64,000 nucleotides of DNA from Chitinophaga pinensis. GTDB taxonomy: Bacteria; Bacteroidota; Bacteroidia; M30B66. Made by a program: the position numbers and the translations under genes. The stretch is from NCBI GenBank assembly GCA_945883545.1, contig CAMCXT010000011.1, positions 2,652-66,651 of the forward strand. Reading direction: 5' to 3'. Numbering within the stretch: the first letter of the stretch is position 1; each line of letters opens with the position of its first letter. Positions 12,038 to 23,080 of the stretch are shown here, piece by piece. The notes beneath the pieces were generated by a model. It had not been told where the DNA came from. It ran no database searches and saw only the letters and a list, made by a program, of their open reading frames with translations.

Positions 12038-12118
12038 GGAAAATCAGTTTTTCTGGATTCTTTTATTGCTTATTCCTTTAACTAGTAAACTTGTGAAAGC
12101 CTGCTATTTTGGGGACGG

Positions 12119-12148
12119 CAAAGATAGTAAGATGTTTTTTATTTGCAA
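12119..12148 (-). promoter_or_regulatory. Bacteroidota housekeeping promoter upstream of rplP
   Basis: Minus strand TTG(12148-12146)-N19-TATCTTTG(12126-12119). Confidence 0.8.
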
Positions 12149-12243
12149 CAGCTAAACTCATTTTTTTTTAAAGTATTCTGGTAGTAAGCTTATTATTTCT
12201 CTGAATCTCAGTATTGACAAGGCTTTTAACTTTTCAGAATCTC

Positions 12244-12271
12244 AAAAAAAAAGAGGACGCTGTGTCCTCTT
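12244..12271 (-). terminator. Intrinsic terminator after rpsC
   Basis: Minus strand AAGAGGAC-ACAGC-GTCCTCTT-TTTTTTT. Confidence 0.8.
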
Positions 12272-12294
12272 CGGTTTTGTATGTTGATGCAGAA

Positions 12295-13059
12295 TTACTT
12301 ATTTCTGCTTCTACGGTCGCGATCTCCGCCACGGCGTGGACCACGATCCCGGTCGTTACGTTCGTTGCCACCTTGGTTGCCTGAGCCCCCTGTTTTTTGG
12401 GCTTGAAGACCGATATTAGGGCTCAAATCACGCTTGCCGTAAATTTCTCCTTTACAGATCCAAACTTTGATCCCGATACGTCCATATGTGGTATGTGCTT
12501 CTGCTAATGCATAATCGATATCGGCACGCAATGTATGAAGTGGTGTTCTACCTTCTTTATAGCCTTCTACACGTGCCATTTCGGCACCACCCAGACGACC
12601 AGAGATCTTACACTTGATACCTTCTGCTCCCATTCTCATTGTAGAAGCGATTGAAGTCTTCATTGCACGACGGAAAGAAATTCTTCCCTCTAATTGACGA
12701 GCAATTCCGTCTGCTACAAGACGAGCATCCAATTCAGGTCGTTTGATCTCGAAAATGTTGATCTGAACTTCCTTCTTGGTTAGCTTCTTAAGCTCTTCCT
12801 TCAACTTGTCTACTTCCTGACCACCTTTACCGATAATAATTCCCGGACGGGCTGTATTAATCGTAACTGTAACCAGTTTAAGGGTACGCTCGATCACGAT
12901 CTTTGATACGCCGGCTTTTACCAAACGAGCACTTAGATACTTGCGGATTTTATGATCCTCAACTAGTTTCTCAGTGAAGTTCTTTCCACCGTACCAGTTT
13001 GAATCCCAGCCGCGGATAATACCTAGGCGAAGACCGATCGGGTTTGCTTTTTGTCCCAT
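12295..13059 (-). CDS. rpsC: 30S ribosomal protein S3
   Basis: [34 protein letters not shown]. Confidence 0.98.
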   Translation of the reverse strand: MGQKANPIGLRLGIIRGWDSNWYGGKNFTEKLVEDHKIRKYLSARLVKAGVSKIVIERTLKLVTVTINTARPGIIIGKGGQEVDKLKEELKKLTKKEVQINIFEIKRPELDARLVADGIARQLEGRISFRRAMKTSIASTMRMGAEGIKCKISGRLGGAEMARVEGYKEGRTPLHTLRADIDYALAEAHTTYGRIGIKVWICKGEIYGKRDLSPNIGLQAQKTGGSGNQGGNERNDRDRGPRRGGDRDRRSRNK

Positions 13060-13091
13060 GTAAATTGTTGTATTGTCTTTTGAGAATAGGA

Positions 13092-13496
13092 TTAATTTGC
13101 TGCTACTTTAGTTCCAACAACCAAAGTAACGTGGTTTGAGCGCTTGCGGATTCTGTAACCACGACCTTGTGGAGCCGGGCGAAGACGCTTAAGTTGGCGA
13201 CCTCCATCAACTTTGATTTCAGTTACAACTACGTTGCTGTCTTCCAATCGCGCACCTTCATTTTTTGACTGCCAATTGGCAATCGCAGAAAGTAAAAGCT
13301 TTTCTAGACGACCAGCTGCATCCTTATTTGTAAACTTAAGGATAGACAACGCGCGGTCTACGTCCACACCACGAATTAGGTCTGCTACCAGACGCATCTT
13401 GCGCGGTGAAGTTGGACAATTATTTAGCTTGGCGAATGCAATTTGCTTGCGCTCTGCTTTCATCGCCTCAGCCATGTTTTTTTTACGAGATCCCAT
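13092..13496 (-). CDS. rplV: 50S ribosomal protein L22
   Basis: [22 protein letters not shown]. Confidence 0.97.
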   Translation of the reverse strand: MGSRKKNMAEAMKAERKQIAFAKLNNCPTSPRKMRLVADLIRGVDVDRALSILKFTNKDAAGRLEKLLLSAIANWQSKNEGARLEDSNVVVTEIKVDGGRQLKRLRPAPQGRGYRIRKRSNHVTLVVGTKVAAN

Positions 13497-13525
13497 TGTT
13501 TGTGAGAGATAAAGAACGTGAATGA

Positions 13526-13807
13526 TTATTTCTTCCCTTTGTCCTTACGATTGCCTGCATGACCACGGTAAGTACGCGTTGGAGCAAATTCTCCAAGCTT
13601 ATGTCCTACCATGTTCTCAGTTACGTAAACAGGGATGAACTTATTACCATTATGTACTGCAATCGTTTGTCCAACGAAATCCGGAGAAATCATTGAGCGA
13701 CGTGCCCAGGTTTTGATCACGGATTTTTTGCTTGAATCGATCATAGCTAAAACTTTCTTCTCTAGCTTGAAGTCGATAAAAGGTCCTTTTTTAAGCGAAC
13801 GGCTCAT
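13526..13807 (-). CDS. rpsS: 30S ribosomal protein S19
   Basis: [21 protein letters not shown]. Confidence 0.98.
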   Translation of the reverse strand: MSRSLKKGPFIDFKLEKKVLAMIDSSKKSVIKTWARRSMISPDFVGQTIAVHNGNKFIPVYVTENMVGHKLGEFAPTRTYRGHAGNRKDKGKK

Positions 13808-13835
13808 GTGTTGACAATATCAGTTGTTGAACAAA

Positions 13836-14660
13836 TTATTTTTTACGACGCTCAAGAATATACTTTGAACTTCTATTCTTAGGTGCACGTGTCTTGTATC
13901 CTTTTGCCGGAATACCTTTGCGGCTGCGTGGATGCCCTCCAGATGCGCGGCCCTCACCACCACCCATAGGGTGATCGACTGGGTTCATTGCTACACCACG
14001 AACTCTTGGACGGCGTCCTAACCAACGTGTTCTACCAGCTTTTCCAGAACGAACTAGACGGTGGTCTGAGTTACTTACTGTTCCAATTACAGCTAGGCAC
14101 GTATTTAAGATCAAACGAATTTCACCTGATGGCATGCGAATGATTGCATATTTTCCATCTCTAGCTTGAAGTTGTGCTGAAACTCCTGCGCTTCTTACCA
14201 AAACAGCTCCTTGTCCAGGGCGCATTTCGATATGATGGATCATTGTACCCAGAGGAATATCTTTCAGGAAAAGTGCATTGCCTGGTTCTACTGGTGCGTT
14301 TTCACCTGAAAGAACTGTACGACCCACTTCAAGTTTATCTGGAGCAAGAATGTATCTTTTTTCACCATCAACATATTGCAACAAAGCAATACGCCCTGAA
14401 CGGTTTGGATCATACTCGATCGTAGCCACTTTAGCTTCGATACCGTGCTTGTCTCTGCGGAAATCGATTAGTCGGTAACGTTGTTTGTTACCACCACCAA
14501 TATAACGCATCGTCATTTTACCAGAATGGTTACGACCACCTGATTTCTTGTTGCTTACTAGAAGCGATTTCTCTGGAGTAGACGTAGTAACATCAGAGAA
14601 AGTATCGGCAACCTTAAAACGGGTACCTGGAGTTATCGGATTGAATTTCTTAAGTCCCAT
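13836..14660 (-). CDS. rplB: 50S ribosomal protein L2
   Basis: [25 protein letters not shown]. Confidence 0.98.
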   Translation of the reverse strand: MGLKKFNPITPGTRFKVADTFSDVTTSTPEKSLLVSNKKSGGRNHSGKMTMRYIGGGNKQRYRLIDFRRDKHGIEAKVATIEYDPNRSGRIALLQYVDGEKRYILAPDKLEVGRTVLSGENAPVEPGNALFLKDIPLGTMIHHIEMRPGQGAVLVRSAGVSAQLQARDGKYAIIRMPSGEIRLILNTCLAVIGTVSNSDHRLVRSGKAGRTRWLGRRPRVRGVAMNPVDHPMGGGEGRASGGHPRSRKGIPAKGYKTRAPKNRSSKYILERRKK

Positions 14661-14665
14661 GTCTA

Positions 14666-14956
14666 TCAGAGATTGCTATAAAAATCAATGGTCTCACCCT
14701 CTTTCAATGTCACGATAGCTTTTTTGCAGTTTCCTTTAAGCCCTGTATTGAAACCATTTTTGGTGTTTCGCATTTTAACTTTCCCAATGTAGCGTTGTGT
14801 ATTCACACGCTCAACTGTAACGCCATACATCTGTTGAATGGCTGTTTTGATTTGGAGCTTGTTAGCATCCTCATGAACCACAAAACCATAACGGTTAAGT
14901 TTTTCAGAAATGCCGGTCATCTTCTCCGTAATGATTGGTTTAACGATGATGTTCAT
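14666..14956 (-). CDS. rplW: 50S ribosomal protein L23
   Basis: PIITEK, ANKLQIK, KKAIVTL. Confidence 0.97.
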   Translation of the reverse strand: MNIIVKPIITEKMTGISEKLNRYGFVVHEDANKLQIKTAIQQMYGVTVERVNTQRYIGKVKMRNTKNGFNTGLKGNCKKAIVTLKEGETIDFYSNL

Positions 14957-14957
14957 T

Positions 14958-15590
14958 TCAGTTTTGGTTTAAGAGGTTTTCAATAGTCTTAACTGAACCT
15001 TCGAAAAGTACTACGTTGTTTGCATTTAAGATATCAAATGTGTTGATATCATTTGCAATTACAACCTTACTGTTTTGCAGGTTACGGCTCGACAAGTAAA
15101 TATTCTGGTTCAATTCAGGTATGATAACTAATGTTTTCTTACCAGTCAATTTTAAGTTACCTAAAATTGAAGTGAAACCTTTAGTAGATGGAGTATTGAA
15201 ATCGAAAGCTTCAATAAGTACGATACCGTTATCCTTTGCTTTGTAAGCTAAGGCTGACTTACGAGCCAACTGCTTAACTTTCTTATTCAAACGGAAGCTG
15301 TAATCGCGTGGTCTTGGTCCGAATATACGACCTCCTCCTACGAAAACTGGCGACTTGATGCTACCTGCACGTGCACCACCAGTACCTTTTTGACGCTTTA
15401 GTTTCTTTGTTGAATAAGATACTTCAGCTCTTTCTTTTGATTTGTGTGTCCCCTGACGACGGTTAGCAAGAATTTGCTTAACGTCCAGATAGATCGCATG
15501 ATCATTGGGTTCTATACCGAAGACTTCGCTATTTAGCGTCATCTTGCGGCCGGTTTCTTGACCGTTGGAGTTGTAGATTGCTAATTCCAT
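14958..15590 (-). CDS. rplD: 50S ribosomal protein L4
   Basis: [25 protein letters not shown]. Confidence 0.98.
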   Translation of the reverse strand: MELAIYNSNGQETGRKMTLNSEVFGIEPNDHAIYLDVKQILANRRQGTHKSKERAEVSYSTKKLKRQKGTGGARAGSIKSPVFVGGGRIFGPRPRDYSFRLNKKVKQLARKSALAYKAKDNGIVLIEAFDFNTPSTKGFTSILGNLKLTGKKTLVIIPELNQNIYLSSRNLQNSKVVIANDINTFDILNANNVVLFEGSVKTIENLLNQN

Positions 15591-15591
15591 G

Positions 15592-16209
15592 TTATTTCTC
15601 GAGCATTACGTATGAACCCTTCGGACCTGGCACTGCGCCTTGGATAACGATTAAGTTCTGTTCTGGGATAACTTTCAAAACCTCAAGGTTTTGAATTTTT
15701 ACACGGGAACCACCAGTACGGCCGGCCATACGCATTCCCTTGAATACACGCGATGGGTATGATGATGCACCAAGTGAACCTGGAGCTCTCAGTCGGTTGT
15801 GCTGACCGTGTGTAGCCATACCAACACCACTGAATCCGTGACGTTTCACAACGCCTTGGAAACCTTTACCTTTAGATGTTCCAATAACATCTACATATTC
15901 ACCTTCAGAGAACAATTCAACTGTTACCGTTTCTCCAAGAGTTCTCTCAGAGTCGAAGTGACGAAATTCAGCAATCTTTCTTTTGGGCGTTGTTGACGCC
16001 TTGCTGAAATGCCCTTTCATGGCAGCAGATGTGTGCTTCTCCTTTTTTTCTTCAAACGCCAGTTGAACAGCGCTGTAACCATCTTTTTCGATGGTTCTTA
16101 CTTGCGTAACTACGCAAGGACCAGCTTCAATAACTGTGCATGGTATGTTCTTACCAGCGGCACTGTAAAGACTAGTCATTCCGATTTTTTTACCTATGAT
16201 ACCTGACAT
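15592..16209 (-). CDS. rplC: 50S ribosomal protein L3
   Basis: [27 protein letters not shown]; start at ATG 16209 because the longer ORF overlaps rpsJ. Confidence 0.97.
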   Translation of the reverse strand: MSGIIGKKIGMTSLYSAAGKNIPCTVIEAGPCVVTQVRTIEKDGYSAVQLAFEEKKEKHTSAAMKGHFSKASTTPKRKIAEFRHFDSERTLGETVTVELFSEGEYVDVIGTSKGKGFQGVVKRHGFSGVGMATHGQHNRLRAPGSLGASSYPSRVFKGMRMAGRTGGSRVKIQNLEVLKVIPEQNLIVIQGAVPGPKGSYVMLEK

Positions 16210-16252
16210 TTTGTTGTATTGAGAGAAAAAACAAATTCTGAAATAAACAACG

Positions 16253-16558
16253 TCACACTTTGATTTCAACTTCAACTCCACTTGGAAGTTCAAGTTTCAT
16301 CAGGGCGTCTACAGTTTTAGATGTAGTTGAGTAAATATCCAATAGACGTTTGTAAGAACACAATTGGAATTGCTCACGCGCTTTTTTGTTAACGTGTGGT
16401 GAACGCAAAACGGTGTAGATCTTCTTGTTGGTTGGAAGTGGAATTGGACCACTCACAACTGCTCCGGTAGATTTTACCGTTTTGACAATTTTCTCAGCCG
16501 ACTTGTCTACGAGGTTGTAGTCGTACGACTTGAGTTTGATGCGGATTTTCTGGCTCAT
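16253..16558 (-). CDS. rpsJ: 30S ribosomal protein S10
   Basis: [23 protein letters not shown]. Confidence 0.98.
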   Translation of the reverse strand: MSQKIRIKLKSYDYNLVDKSAEKIVKTVKSTGAVVSGPIPLPTNKKIYTVLRSPHVNKKAREQFQLCSYKRLLDIYSTTSKTVDALMKLELPSGVEVEIKV

Positions 16559-16576
16559 GTAGAGTATAAAGAACGA

Positions 16577-18679
16577 TTAAACTTTTGCTTTGCCTTTTGA
16601 TTTTGCAATTACATCATCAGCAACTTGACGAGGAGCTTCAGCGTAATGCGAAGGTTCCATAGTTGATGTTGCACGACCTGAAGAAATTGTACGAAGTGTA
16701 GTCACATATCCGAACATTTCGCTCAAAGGAACTTTTGCACGGATTACTTGTGATCCAGCACGACTGTCCATTCCTTCTAGTTGACCACGACGCTTATTCA
16801 AGTCGCCGATGATATCACCCATGTAGTCTTCTGGTGTAAGTACTTCAACCTTCATGATTGGCTCAAGAAGAACTGGTTTTGCTTTTGGAAGTGCTTCACG
16901 GAATGCTGAACGAGCACAAATTTCAAATGAAAGTGCATCGGAGTCAACTGCGTGGTATGAACCGTCAGTTAAGCGAACTTTCAAACTATCCATTGTGTAT
17001 CCGGCAAGTACACCATTTTGCATGGCCGACTTAAATCCTTTTTCAACCGATGGAATGAATTCGCGAGGAACGTTACCACCTACAACTTCATTTACGAACT
17101 GCAGACCTTCTTTGCCTTCATCTACAGGCCCGATGGTTACTACGATGTCAGCAAATTTACCACGACCTCCTGATTGCTTCTTGTAAACCTCACGGTGAGT
17201 AACTGTACCGTTGATGGTTTCTTTGTAGTTAACTTGAGGAGCTCCTTGGTTACACTCAACTTTGAACTCGCGTTTCAAACGGTCCATGATGATTTCCAAG
17301 TGAAGCTCACCCATTCCTGAGATGATAGTTTGTCCTGTTTCTTCGTCTGTACGTACACGGAAAGTAGGATCCTCCTCAGAAAGCTTGCTAAGTGCCATCC
17401 CCATTTTATCAACATCAGCCTGAGTTTTTGGCTCGATAGCGATACCGATTACTGGTTCAGGGAAGTTCATTGCTTCAAGAACGATAGGGTTCTTTTCGTC
17501 GCAAAGGGTATCTCCTGTTTTGATGTCTTTAAAACCTACAGCAGCTCCGATATCACCAGCTTCGATGTAATCGATTGAGTTCTGCTTGTTCGCATGCATT
17601 TGGAAGATACGGCTGATACGCTCCTTGTTTCCACTTCTAGTATTAAGCACATATGAACCTGCGTCCAAACGTCCAGAATATGCACGGAAGAAACATAAAC
17701 GACCTACGAATGGGTCAGTAGCAATTTTGAAAGCCAGTGCAGTGAAAGGATCTTTCACATCAGGACGGCGAACAACTTCAGCACCAGTATCAGGATTTGT
17801 ACCTACGATGTTTTCTTTGTCCATCGGGCTAGGCATAAGTTCCATAACAAGATCGAGCATGGTTTGAACACCCTTGTTCTTGAAAGCAGAACCACATAGC
17901 ATTGGAACAACTTTGTTTGCTACGCAAGCCTTACGAAGTGCACTAAGAATTTCTGCCTCAGTTAACGATTCAGGATCTTCGAAGTATTTCTCCATAAGAT
18001 TTTCGTCGAATTCAGCAGCAGCTTCAAGAAGTTTCTCTCTCCACTCTCTTGCTTCTTCAACCATGTCGGCAGGAATTTCAACCACTTCATAGGTCATACC
18101 TTTGTCGTGCTCATTCCAAACCATTCCTCGCCAGTTGATCAAATCTACTACCCCTGTGAAGGTTTCTTCTGCACCAATAGGTAGCTGAAGAGGAAGTGGA
18201 TTACCACCAAGAACTTCTTTAACTTGTTTAACTACGTTAAGGAAGTCGGCACCTTGACGGTCCATTTTATTTACAAACCCAAGACGGGTTACATTGTAAT
18301 TGTTAGCTAATCGCCAGTTTGTTTCTGACTGTGGTTCCACACCATCTACAGCAGAAAACAAAAATACAAGACCATCAAGCACACGCAATGAACGATTCAC
18401 CTCCACCGTAAAGTCAACGTGACCTGGCGTATCGATGATATTCATTTTGTAGTTGTTGTCGCGGTAAGTCCAAAAGCAGGTTGTAGCCGCTGATGTAATG
18501 GTTATACCTCTTTCTTGCTCCTGAACCATCCAGTCCATGGTAGCAGCACCGTCGTGCACTTCACCAATTTTGTGATTTACACCGGTGTAATAAAGGATAC
18601 GCTCGGTTGTGGTAGTCTTACCTGCATCGATGTGTGCAGCAATACCAATGTTACGCGTAAATTTAAGATCGTGGCTCAT
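16577..18679 (-). CDS. fusA: Elongation factor G
   Basis: [31 protein letters not shown]. Confidence 0.98.
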   Translation of the reverse strand: MSHDLKFTRNIGIAAHIDAGKTTTTERILYYTGVNHKIGEVHDGAATMDWMVQEQERGITITSAATTCFWTYRDNNYKMNIIDTPGHVDFTVEVNRSLRVLDGLVFLFSAVDGVEPQSETNWRLANNYNVTRLGFVNKMDRQGADFLNVVKQVKEVLGGNPLPLQLPIGAEETFTGVVDLINWRGMVWNEHDKGMTYEVVEIPADMVEEAREWREKLLEAAAEFDENLMEKYFEDPESLTEAEILSALRKACVANKVVPMLCGSAFKNKGVQTMLDLVMELMPSPMDKENIVGTNPDTGAEVVRRPDVKDPFTALAFKIATDPFVGRLCFFRAYSGRLDAGSYVLNTRSGNKERISRIFQMHANKQNSIDYIEAGDIGAAVGFKDIKTGDTLCDEKNPIVLEAMNFPEPVIGIAIEPKTQADVDKMGMALSKLSEEDPTFRVRTDEETGQTIISGMGELHLEIIMDRLKREFKVECNQGAPQVNYKETINGTVTHREVYKKQSGGRGKFADIVVTIGPVDEGKEGLQFVNEVVGGNVPREFIPSVEKGFKSAMQNGVLAGYTMDSLKVRLTDGSYHAVDSDALSFEICARSAFREALPKAKPVLLEPIMKVEVLTPEDYMGDIIGDLNKRRGQLEGMDSRAGSQVIRAKVPLSEMFGYVTTLRTISSGRATSTMEPSHYAEAPRQVADDVIAKSKGKAKV

Positions 18680-18701
18680 AGCACTTATCTGGTAGGTTTA
18701 C

Positions 18702-19169
18702 TTAGAATCTGAAATGTGAGAATGCCTTATTGGCTTCCGCCATACGGTGAGTATCTTCTTTCTTCTTGTGCGCAGATCCTTCACCTTTGCTAGCTGCAAC
18801 AATTTCTCCAGCAAGTTTCATTGCCATAGATTTTTCATTGCGTTTGCGAGCGTACATGATTAACCACTTCATACCAAGTGCGGTACGACGGTCAGGACGA
18901 ATTTCCATTGGAATTTGGAAAGTAGCACCACCAACTCGGCGGCTTTTTACTTCAACTGCTGGACTAACGTTCTCCAATGCTCTTTTCCATACTTCATGGC
19001 CATTCTCTTCGGTGCGTTTTGCAACGATATCGACTGCATCGTAGAAAAGTTTGAAGGCAATACTTTTTTTGCCATCATACATCATGTTGTTTACGAAACG
19101 TGTAACAACAGGGTCTCCGAAGCGTGGATCCGGTAGACGGGGAATTCGTTTGGGTGTGGATTTTCTCAT
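18702..19169 (-). CDS. rpsG: 30S ribosomal protein S7
   Basis: EVKSRRVGGATFQ, HRMAEANKAF. Confidence 0.98.
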   Translation of the reverse strand: MRKSTPKRIPRLPDPRFGDPVVTRFVNNMMYDGKKSIAFKLFYDAVDIVAKRTEENGHEVWKRALENVSPAVEVKSRRVGGATFQIPMEIRPDRRTALGMKWLIMYARKRNEKSMAMKLAGEIVAASKGEGSAHKKKEDTHRMAEANKAFSHFRF

Positions 19170-19195
19170 GTGATTGCTATGCTGAGATCTTCAGA

Positions 19196-19621
19196 TTATT
19201 TTTTCTTGCCGCCTTTTCCACCTTTACCTGCTGCTGCAGCTGGTTGACCTGGTTTAGGACGCTTTGTTCCGTATTTTGAACGACGTTGGTTACGACCTTC
19301 AACACCCGATGTATCGAGCGCTCCACGTACGATGTGATAACGTACACCTGGAAGATCTTTTACCCTTCCACCGCGAATAAGCACGATTGAGTGCTCTTGT
19401 AGGTTGTGGCCTTCACCTGGAATGTAGGCGTTAACTTCTTTTGTATTAGTAAGACGAACACGCGCTACTTTACGCATCGCTGAGTTTGGCTTCTTTGGGG
19501 TTGTAGTGTAAACCCGTGTACAAACTCCACGGCGCTGAGGACATGAATCCAATGCTGGACTCTTACTCTTAGTGGCGTTAGGCGTGCGGCCTTTACGTAC
19601 AAGCTGCTGAATGGTAGGCAT
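19196..19621 (-). CDS. rpsL: 30S ribosomal protein S12
   Basis: [18 protein letters not shown]. Confidence 0.98.
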   Translation of the reverse strand: MPTIQQLVRKGRTPNATKSKSPALDSCPQRRGVCTRVYTTTPKKPNSAMRKVARVRLTNTKEVNAYIPGEGHNLQEHSIVLIRGGRVKDLPGVRYHIVRGALDTSGVEGRNQRRSKYGTKRPKPGQPAAAAGKGGKGGKKK

Positions 19622-19688
19622 GCTTTACTGCTTGATTATGTTGTGATTATCTTATTAAAACGGTCTACTCGCCCGAATTTTGGGAGCG

Positions 19689-19718
19689 CAAAGATAGGAA
19701 GTAGTTTTAATTAACCAA
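19689..19718 (-). promoter_or_regulatory. Promoter of the str/S10 operon
   Basis: Minus strand TTG(19718-19716)-N19-TATCTTTG(19696-19689). Confidence 0.8.
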
Positions 19719-19979
19719 CTGATAGTTAGATTTTTTTTTCAATGATTCTGTCCTTTTTTTTCTGAATAAACTTTCTTTGTCCTGCATTGATCCATTTTTA
19801 TTAGGTATTCAGTGTGTTTTTGCGCTTTGATTTGTGCATTTCACAAAGAAACATGCTTACGGGTGTGTATTGATTTATGTTCCTGATATGTTAAAATTTC
19901 TCCTTCGGGTTTCAATTTTGGCATGTGGTGGTTGATAAAATTAATAAGCCATTTCCCGAACTTTCACCTTGCGCTTGAT

Positions 19980-19987
19980 TACTTTTG
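19980..19987 (+). promoter_or_regulatory. -7 element (TACTTTTG) directly before the helicase start
   Basis: TAnnTTTG match 4 nt upstream of ATG 19992. Confidence 0.65.
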
Positions 19988-19991
19988 CCCA

Positions 19992-22361
19992 ATGAAGCGT
20001 GATTTCCTTAGTGAATTAAACCCCATTCAACGGCAAGCTGCCGAAACCACCGATGGCCCTGTGATGATTATAGCTGGTGCTGGATCAGGCAAAACCCGCG
20101 TGCTCACCTATAGAATCGCAAACTTGCTTCACAAAGGAGTAGACTCATTCAATATTTTGGCACTTACCTTCACCAACAAGGCCGCTCGTGAAATGAAGGA
20201 GAGGATCAATCATTTGGTGGTTGGTACTGAAGCGCGAAACCTTTGGATGGGCACATTTCACTCTATCTTCGCAAGAATACTTCGAGCAGAAGGCGAACGA
20301 CTAGGTTATCCCTCAAATTTCACAATTTACGACACTGAAGATTCAAAAGGACTGATCAAGAACATCCTTTCAGAACTTCAATTGGATGATAAAATCTATA
20401 AACCATCGCTTGTACTCAGTCGGATTTCATCAGCGAAAAACAACCTGATTTCATCGCGAGAATATAGCAGCCATGCGCAAATCCTTGATGAAGATCGCCA
20501 AAGTGGAAAGCCCAAGCTTGGTTTAGTTTATGAAACCTACGACAAACGTTTGTTTAAGTCGTCAGCAATGGATTTTGATGATTTGTTGTTCAAAACCAAC
20601 GTCCTATTAAAGCAGTTTCCAGAAGTACTATATAAGTATCAACAGAAATTCAAGTTTATTCTGGTTGATGAGTATCAAGATACCAACTTCAGTCAATACT
20701 TGATTGTAAAAAAACTCTCTGCCATGTACCAAAACATTTGTGTTGTTGGTGATGATGCACAGAGTATTTATGCCTTCCGCGGAGCGAATATTCAGAACAT
20801 TCTCAATTTTGAAAAAGACTATCCTGAGCTGAAAGTTTTTAAACTAGAGCAGAATTATAGGTCAACCAAAACCATCGTAGAAGCAGCAAATTCGGTGATT
20901 CGCAACAACAAAGACCAATTGAAGAAAGTTGTATGGACCGATAATAACGATGGTGAAAGAATCCGTTTGATGCGCGCTGGTTCCGACAACGAAGAAGGAA
21001 ATATTGTTGCCAATAGCATTCTTGATTTACGGATGCAACATCAATTGCCGAATAAAGACATTGCCATTCTTTACAGAACGAATGCTCAAAGTCGTGCAAT
21101 GGAGGAAGCACTTAGAAAACGAGGTATCCCTTACAGAATTTATGGAGGATTGTCGTTTTATAAACGCAAGGAAATTAAGGATCTTCTTGCTTACTTCAGG
21201 CTTACAATTAATTCTGCAGATGAAGAAGCGCTTAGAAGGGTGATCAATTATCCAGCGCGTGGAATTGGTAAAACTACCTTGGAAAAGCTAGTTGTAGCTG
21301 CAGATCAGAACAATGTAAGCATCTTCGAAATCATCGAAAACTTAGATCAATACCGAATTTTATCGGGTGCAACAGCCCAGAAAATCGGTGAATTTGTGAT
21401 GATGATCAGAAGCTTCCGACATGGACTCACAACAAGCAATGCCTACGATTTGGCAATGCATATTGCTCGATCATCTGGTTTGTTAAAAGAGCTTGGTGTG
21501 GACAAAACACCGGAAGGAGTCTCAAAGCATGACAATGTGATGGAACTCCTCAATGGTATTCAAGAATTCGTGGATACGCCGCCTGAAAGTGATGATGAAG
21601 TTGCCGAACGCACGTTAGATGTTTTCATGCGCGATATTGCCTTGCTTACAGATGCAGATGAAAAAGACGACGAAGACACGAACAAAGTGACCATGATGAC
21701 GATTCATGCAGCAAAAGGGCTAGAATTTAAAGCTGTATTCGTGGTTGGCTTGGAAGAGAATCTTTTCCCATCGCAGTTGGCTCTAAACTCTAGAGAGGAA
21801 CTTGAGGAAGAACGCCGTTTGTTTTATGTAGCGATCACTCGAGCTGAGCAATTCCTTACCATCACCTATGCGACTAGCCGATACCGCTGGGGAAAAATTG
21901 ATTTTTCTGAACCAAGCCGGTTTTTAGAAGAAATAGACCAGAATCTGCTCGAACTTCCTCCAGAACCTCAGCAAGGAAAGAGTTTTATGAATTTCGAAGA
22001 TGAACGATTAGGATTTGGAGGATTTACAAGCCGACAAAATTCCGTTTCATCATTTAAACCGAGAGAGAAAACAGAAACTGGCTTTGCGCCAAAATCTCCT
22101 ACAAGCCCTTCCTCATCTGGGTTTCAGTCCAAGCCCAAGTTAACATCTGCCTCACAAGCGATATTAAAACCAGGTTTTGAAGCCGACGATCTTTCTAAAC
22201 TTACCGAAGGAATGCAAGTTGAGCATGAGAAGTTTGGTAAAGGGAAAGTTATTCATGTGGATGGCCGACCGGGTGAAAAAAAGGCGACAGTACTTTTTGA
22301 GGTAGCAGGACAAAAGCAATTATTGCTTAAGTTTGCAAGACTTAAAATTATCAAAGCCTGA
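19992..22361 (+). CDS. pcrA: UvrD/PcrA-family ATP-dependent DNA helicase
   Basis: AGAGSGKTRVLT, DEYQDTN, LEQNYRST, TIHAAKGLEF, EEERRLFYVAITRA, C-terminal HEKFGKG domain; start moved to ATG 19992. Confidence 0.93.
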   Translation: MKRDFLSELNPIQRQAAETTDGPVMIIAGAGSGKTRVLTYRIANLLHKGVDSFNILALTFTNKAAREMKERINHLVVGTEARNLWMGTFHSIFARILRAEGERLGYPSNFTIYDTEDSKGLIKNILSELQLDDKIYKPSLVLSRISSAKNNLISSREYSSHAQILDEDRQSGKPKLGLVYETYDKRLFKSSAMDFDDLLFKTNVLLKQFPEVLYKYQQKFKFILVDEYQDTNFSQYLIVKKLSAMYQNICVVGDDAQSIYAFRGANIQNILNFEKDYPELKVFKLEQNYRSTKTIVEAANSVIRNNKDQLKKVVWTDNNDGERIRLMRAGSDNEEGNIVANSILDLRMQHQLPNKDIAILYRTNAQSRAMEEALRKRGIPYRIYGGLSFYKRKEIKDLLAYFRLTINSADEEALRRVINYPARGIGKTTLEKLVVAADQNNVSIFEIIENLDQYRILSGATAQKIGEFVMMIRSFRHGLTTSNAYDLAMHIARSSGLLKELGVDKTPEGVSKHDNVMELLNGIQEFVDTPPESDDEVAERTLDVFMRDIALLTDADEKDDEDTNKVTMMTIHAAKGLEFKAVFVVGLEENLFPSQLALNSREELEEERRLFYVAITRAEQFLTITYATSRYRWGKIDFSEPSRFLEEIDQNLLELPPEPQQGKSFMNFEDERLGFGGFTSRQNSVSSFKPREKTETGFAPKSPTSPSSSGFQSKPKLTSASQAILKPGFEADDLSKLTEGMQVEHEKFGKGKVIHVDGRPGEKKATVLFEVAGQKQLLLKFARLKIIKA

Positions 22362-22424
22362 TTATTGCGCTTTTCTTAGCAGCAATTTTAGAAGATCTCT
22401 TCACCTTTCAGGCACTCGAACACT

Positions 22425-23075
22425 ATGATGGAATACAATTCTCAGCGACCAAAGCTGATCATTTCTGAATACGGTCGCCATATTCAAAAAATGGTCGATA
22501 ACGCCTGTGCGATCGAAGACCGCGAACAAAGAAATCAAGCAGCACGAGCAATCATCGTAGTGATGGGGCAATTAAATCCACATCTTCGCGACCAAAGTGA
22601 TTTCAGACATAAATTGTGGGATCACCTTTTTATTATGTCAGATTTTCGTTTGGATGTTGATTCTCCATATCCTATTCCTTCAAGAGAGAGTTTGGCCACC
22701 AAGCCATTTAAACTTCAATACCCCAGCAATTTAATTCGCTACAAACATTACGGTAAAATTGTAGAGAATTTAATCGATAATGCCCGAAAAATAGAAGATC
22801 CTTCCTTGAAGGAATCTATGGTAAGTGCCATTGCACACCATCTAAAGAAATCTTATTTGGCATGGAACCGCGATTCTGTTGCAGATGATATTATCTTTAA
22901 AGACCTAAAAGATTTATCTGCTGGATCGCTTCAAATGCCCGATGGAACTCAGCTAGGAGCCGCTACAGAAGTGCTTACTGCGAATTATTCACAAAGTCCG
23001 GGTAAGAAGTTTAATCGCAACAAGCAAAAACAGAAATCATTCAAGCGTAAATTCGGCAGCAGTAATAGCTACTGA
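22425..23075 (+). CDS. Conserved Bacteroidota protein (DUF4290-like) upstream of murA
   Basis: MEYNSQR..LIISEYGRHIQKMV..KLWDHL pattern and synteny with murA. Confidence 0.75.
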   Translation: MMEYNSQRPKLIISEYGRHIQKMVDNACAIEDREQRNQAARAIIVVMGQLNPHLRDQSDFRHKLWDHLFIMSDFRLDVDSPYPIPSRESLATKPFKLQYPSNLIRYKHYGKIVENLIDNARKIEDPSLKESMVSAIAHHLKKSYLAWNRDSVADDIIFKDLKDLSAGSLQMPDGTQLGAATEVLTANYSQSPGKKFNRNKQKQKSFKRKFGSSNSY

Positions 23076-23080
23076 ACCGT

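Noticed and set aside
16559..16576. tuf missing after fusA, and adk missing after secY
   Set aside because: Usual Bacteroidota gene order, not a novelty.
19196..19621. Streptomycin-resistance substitutions in S12
   Set aside because: PKKPNSA and RVKDLPG are wild type.
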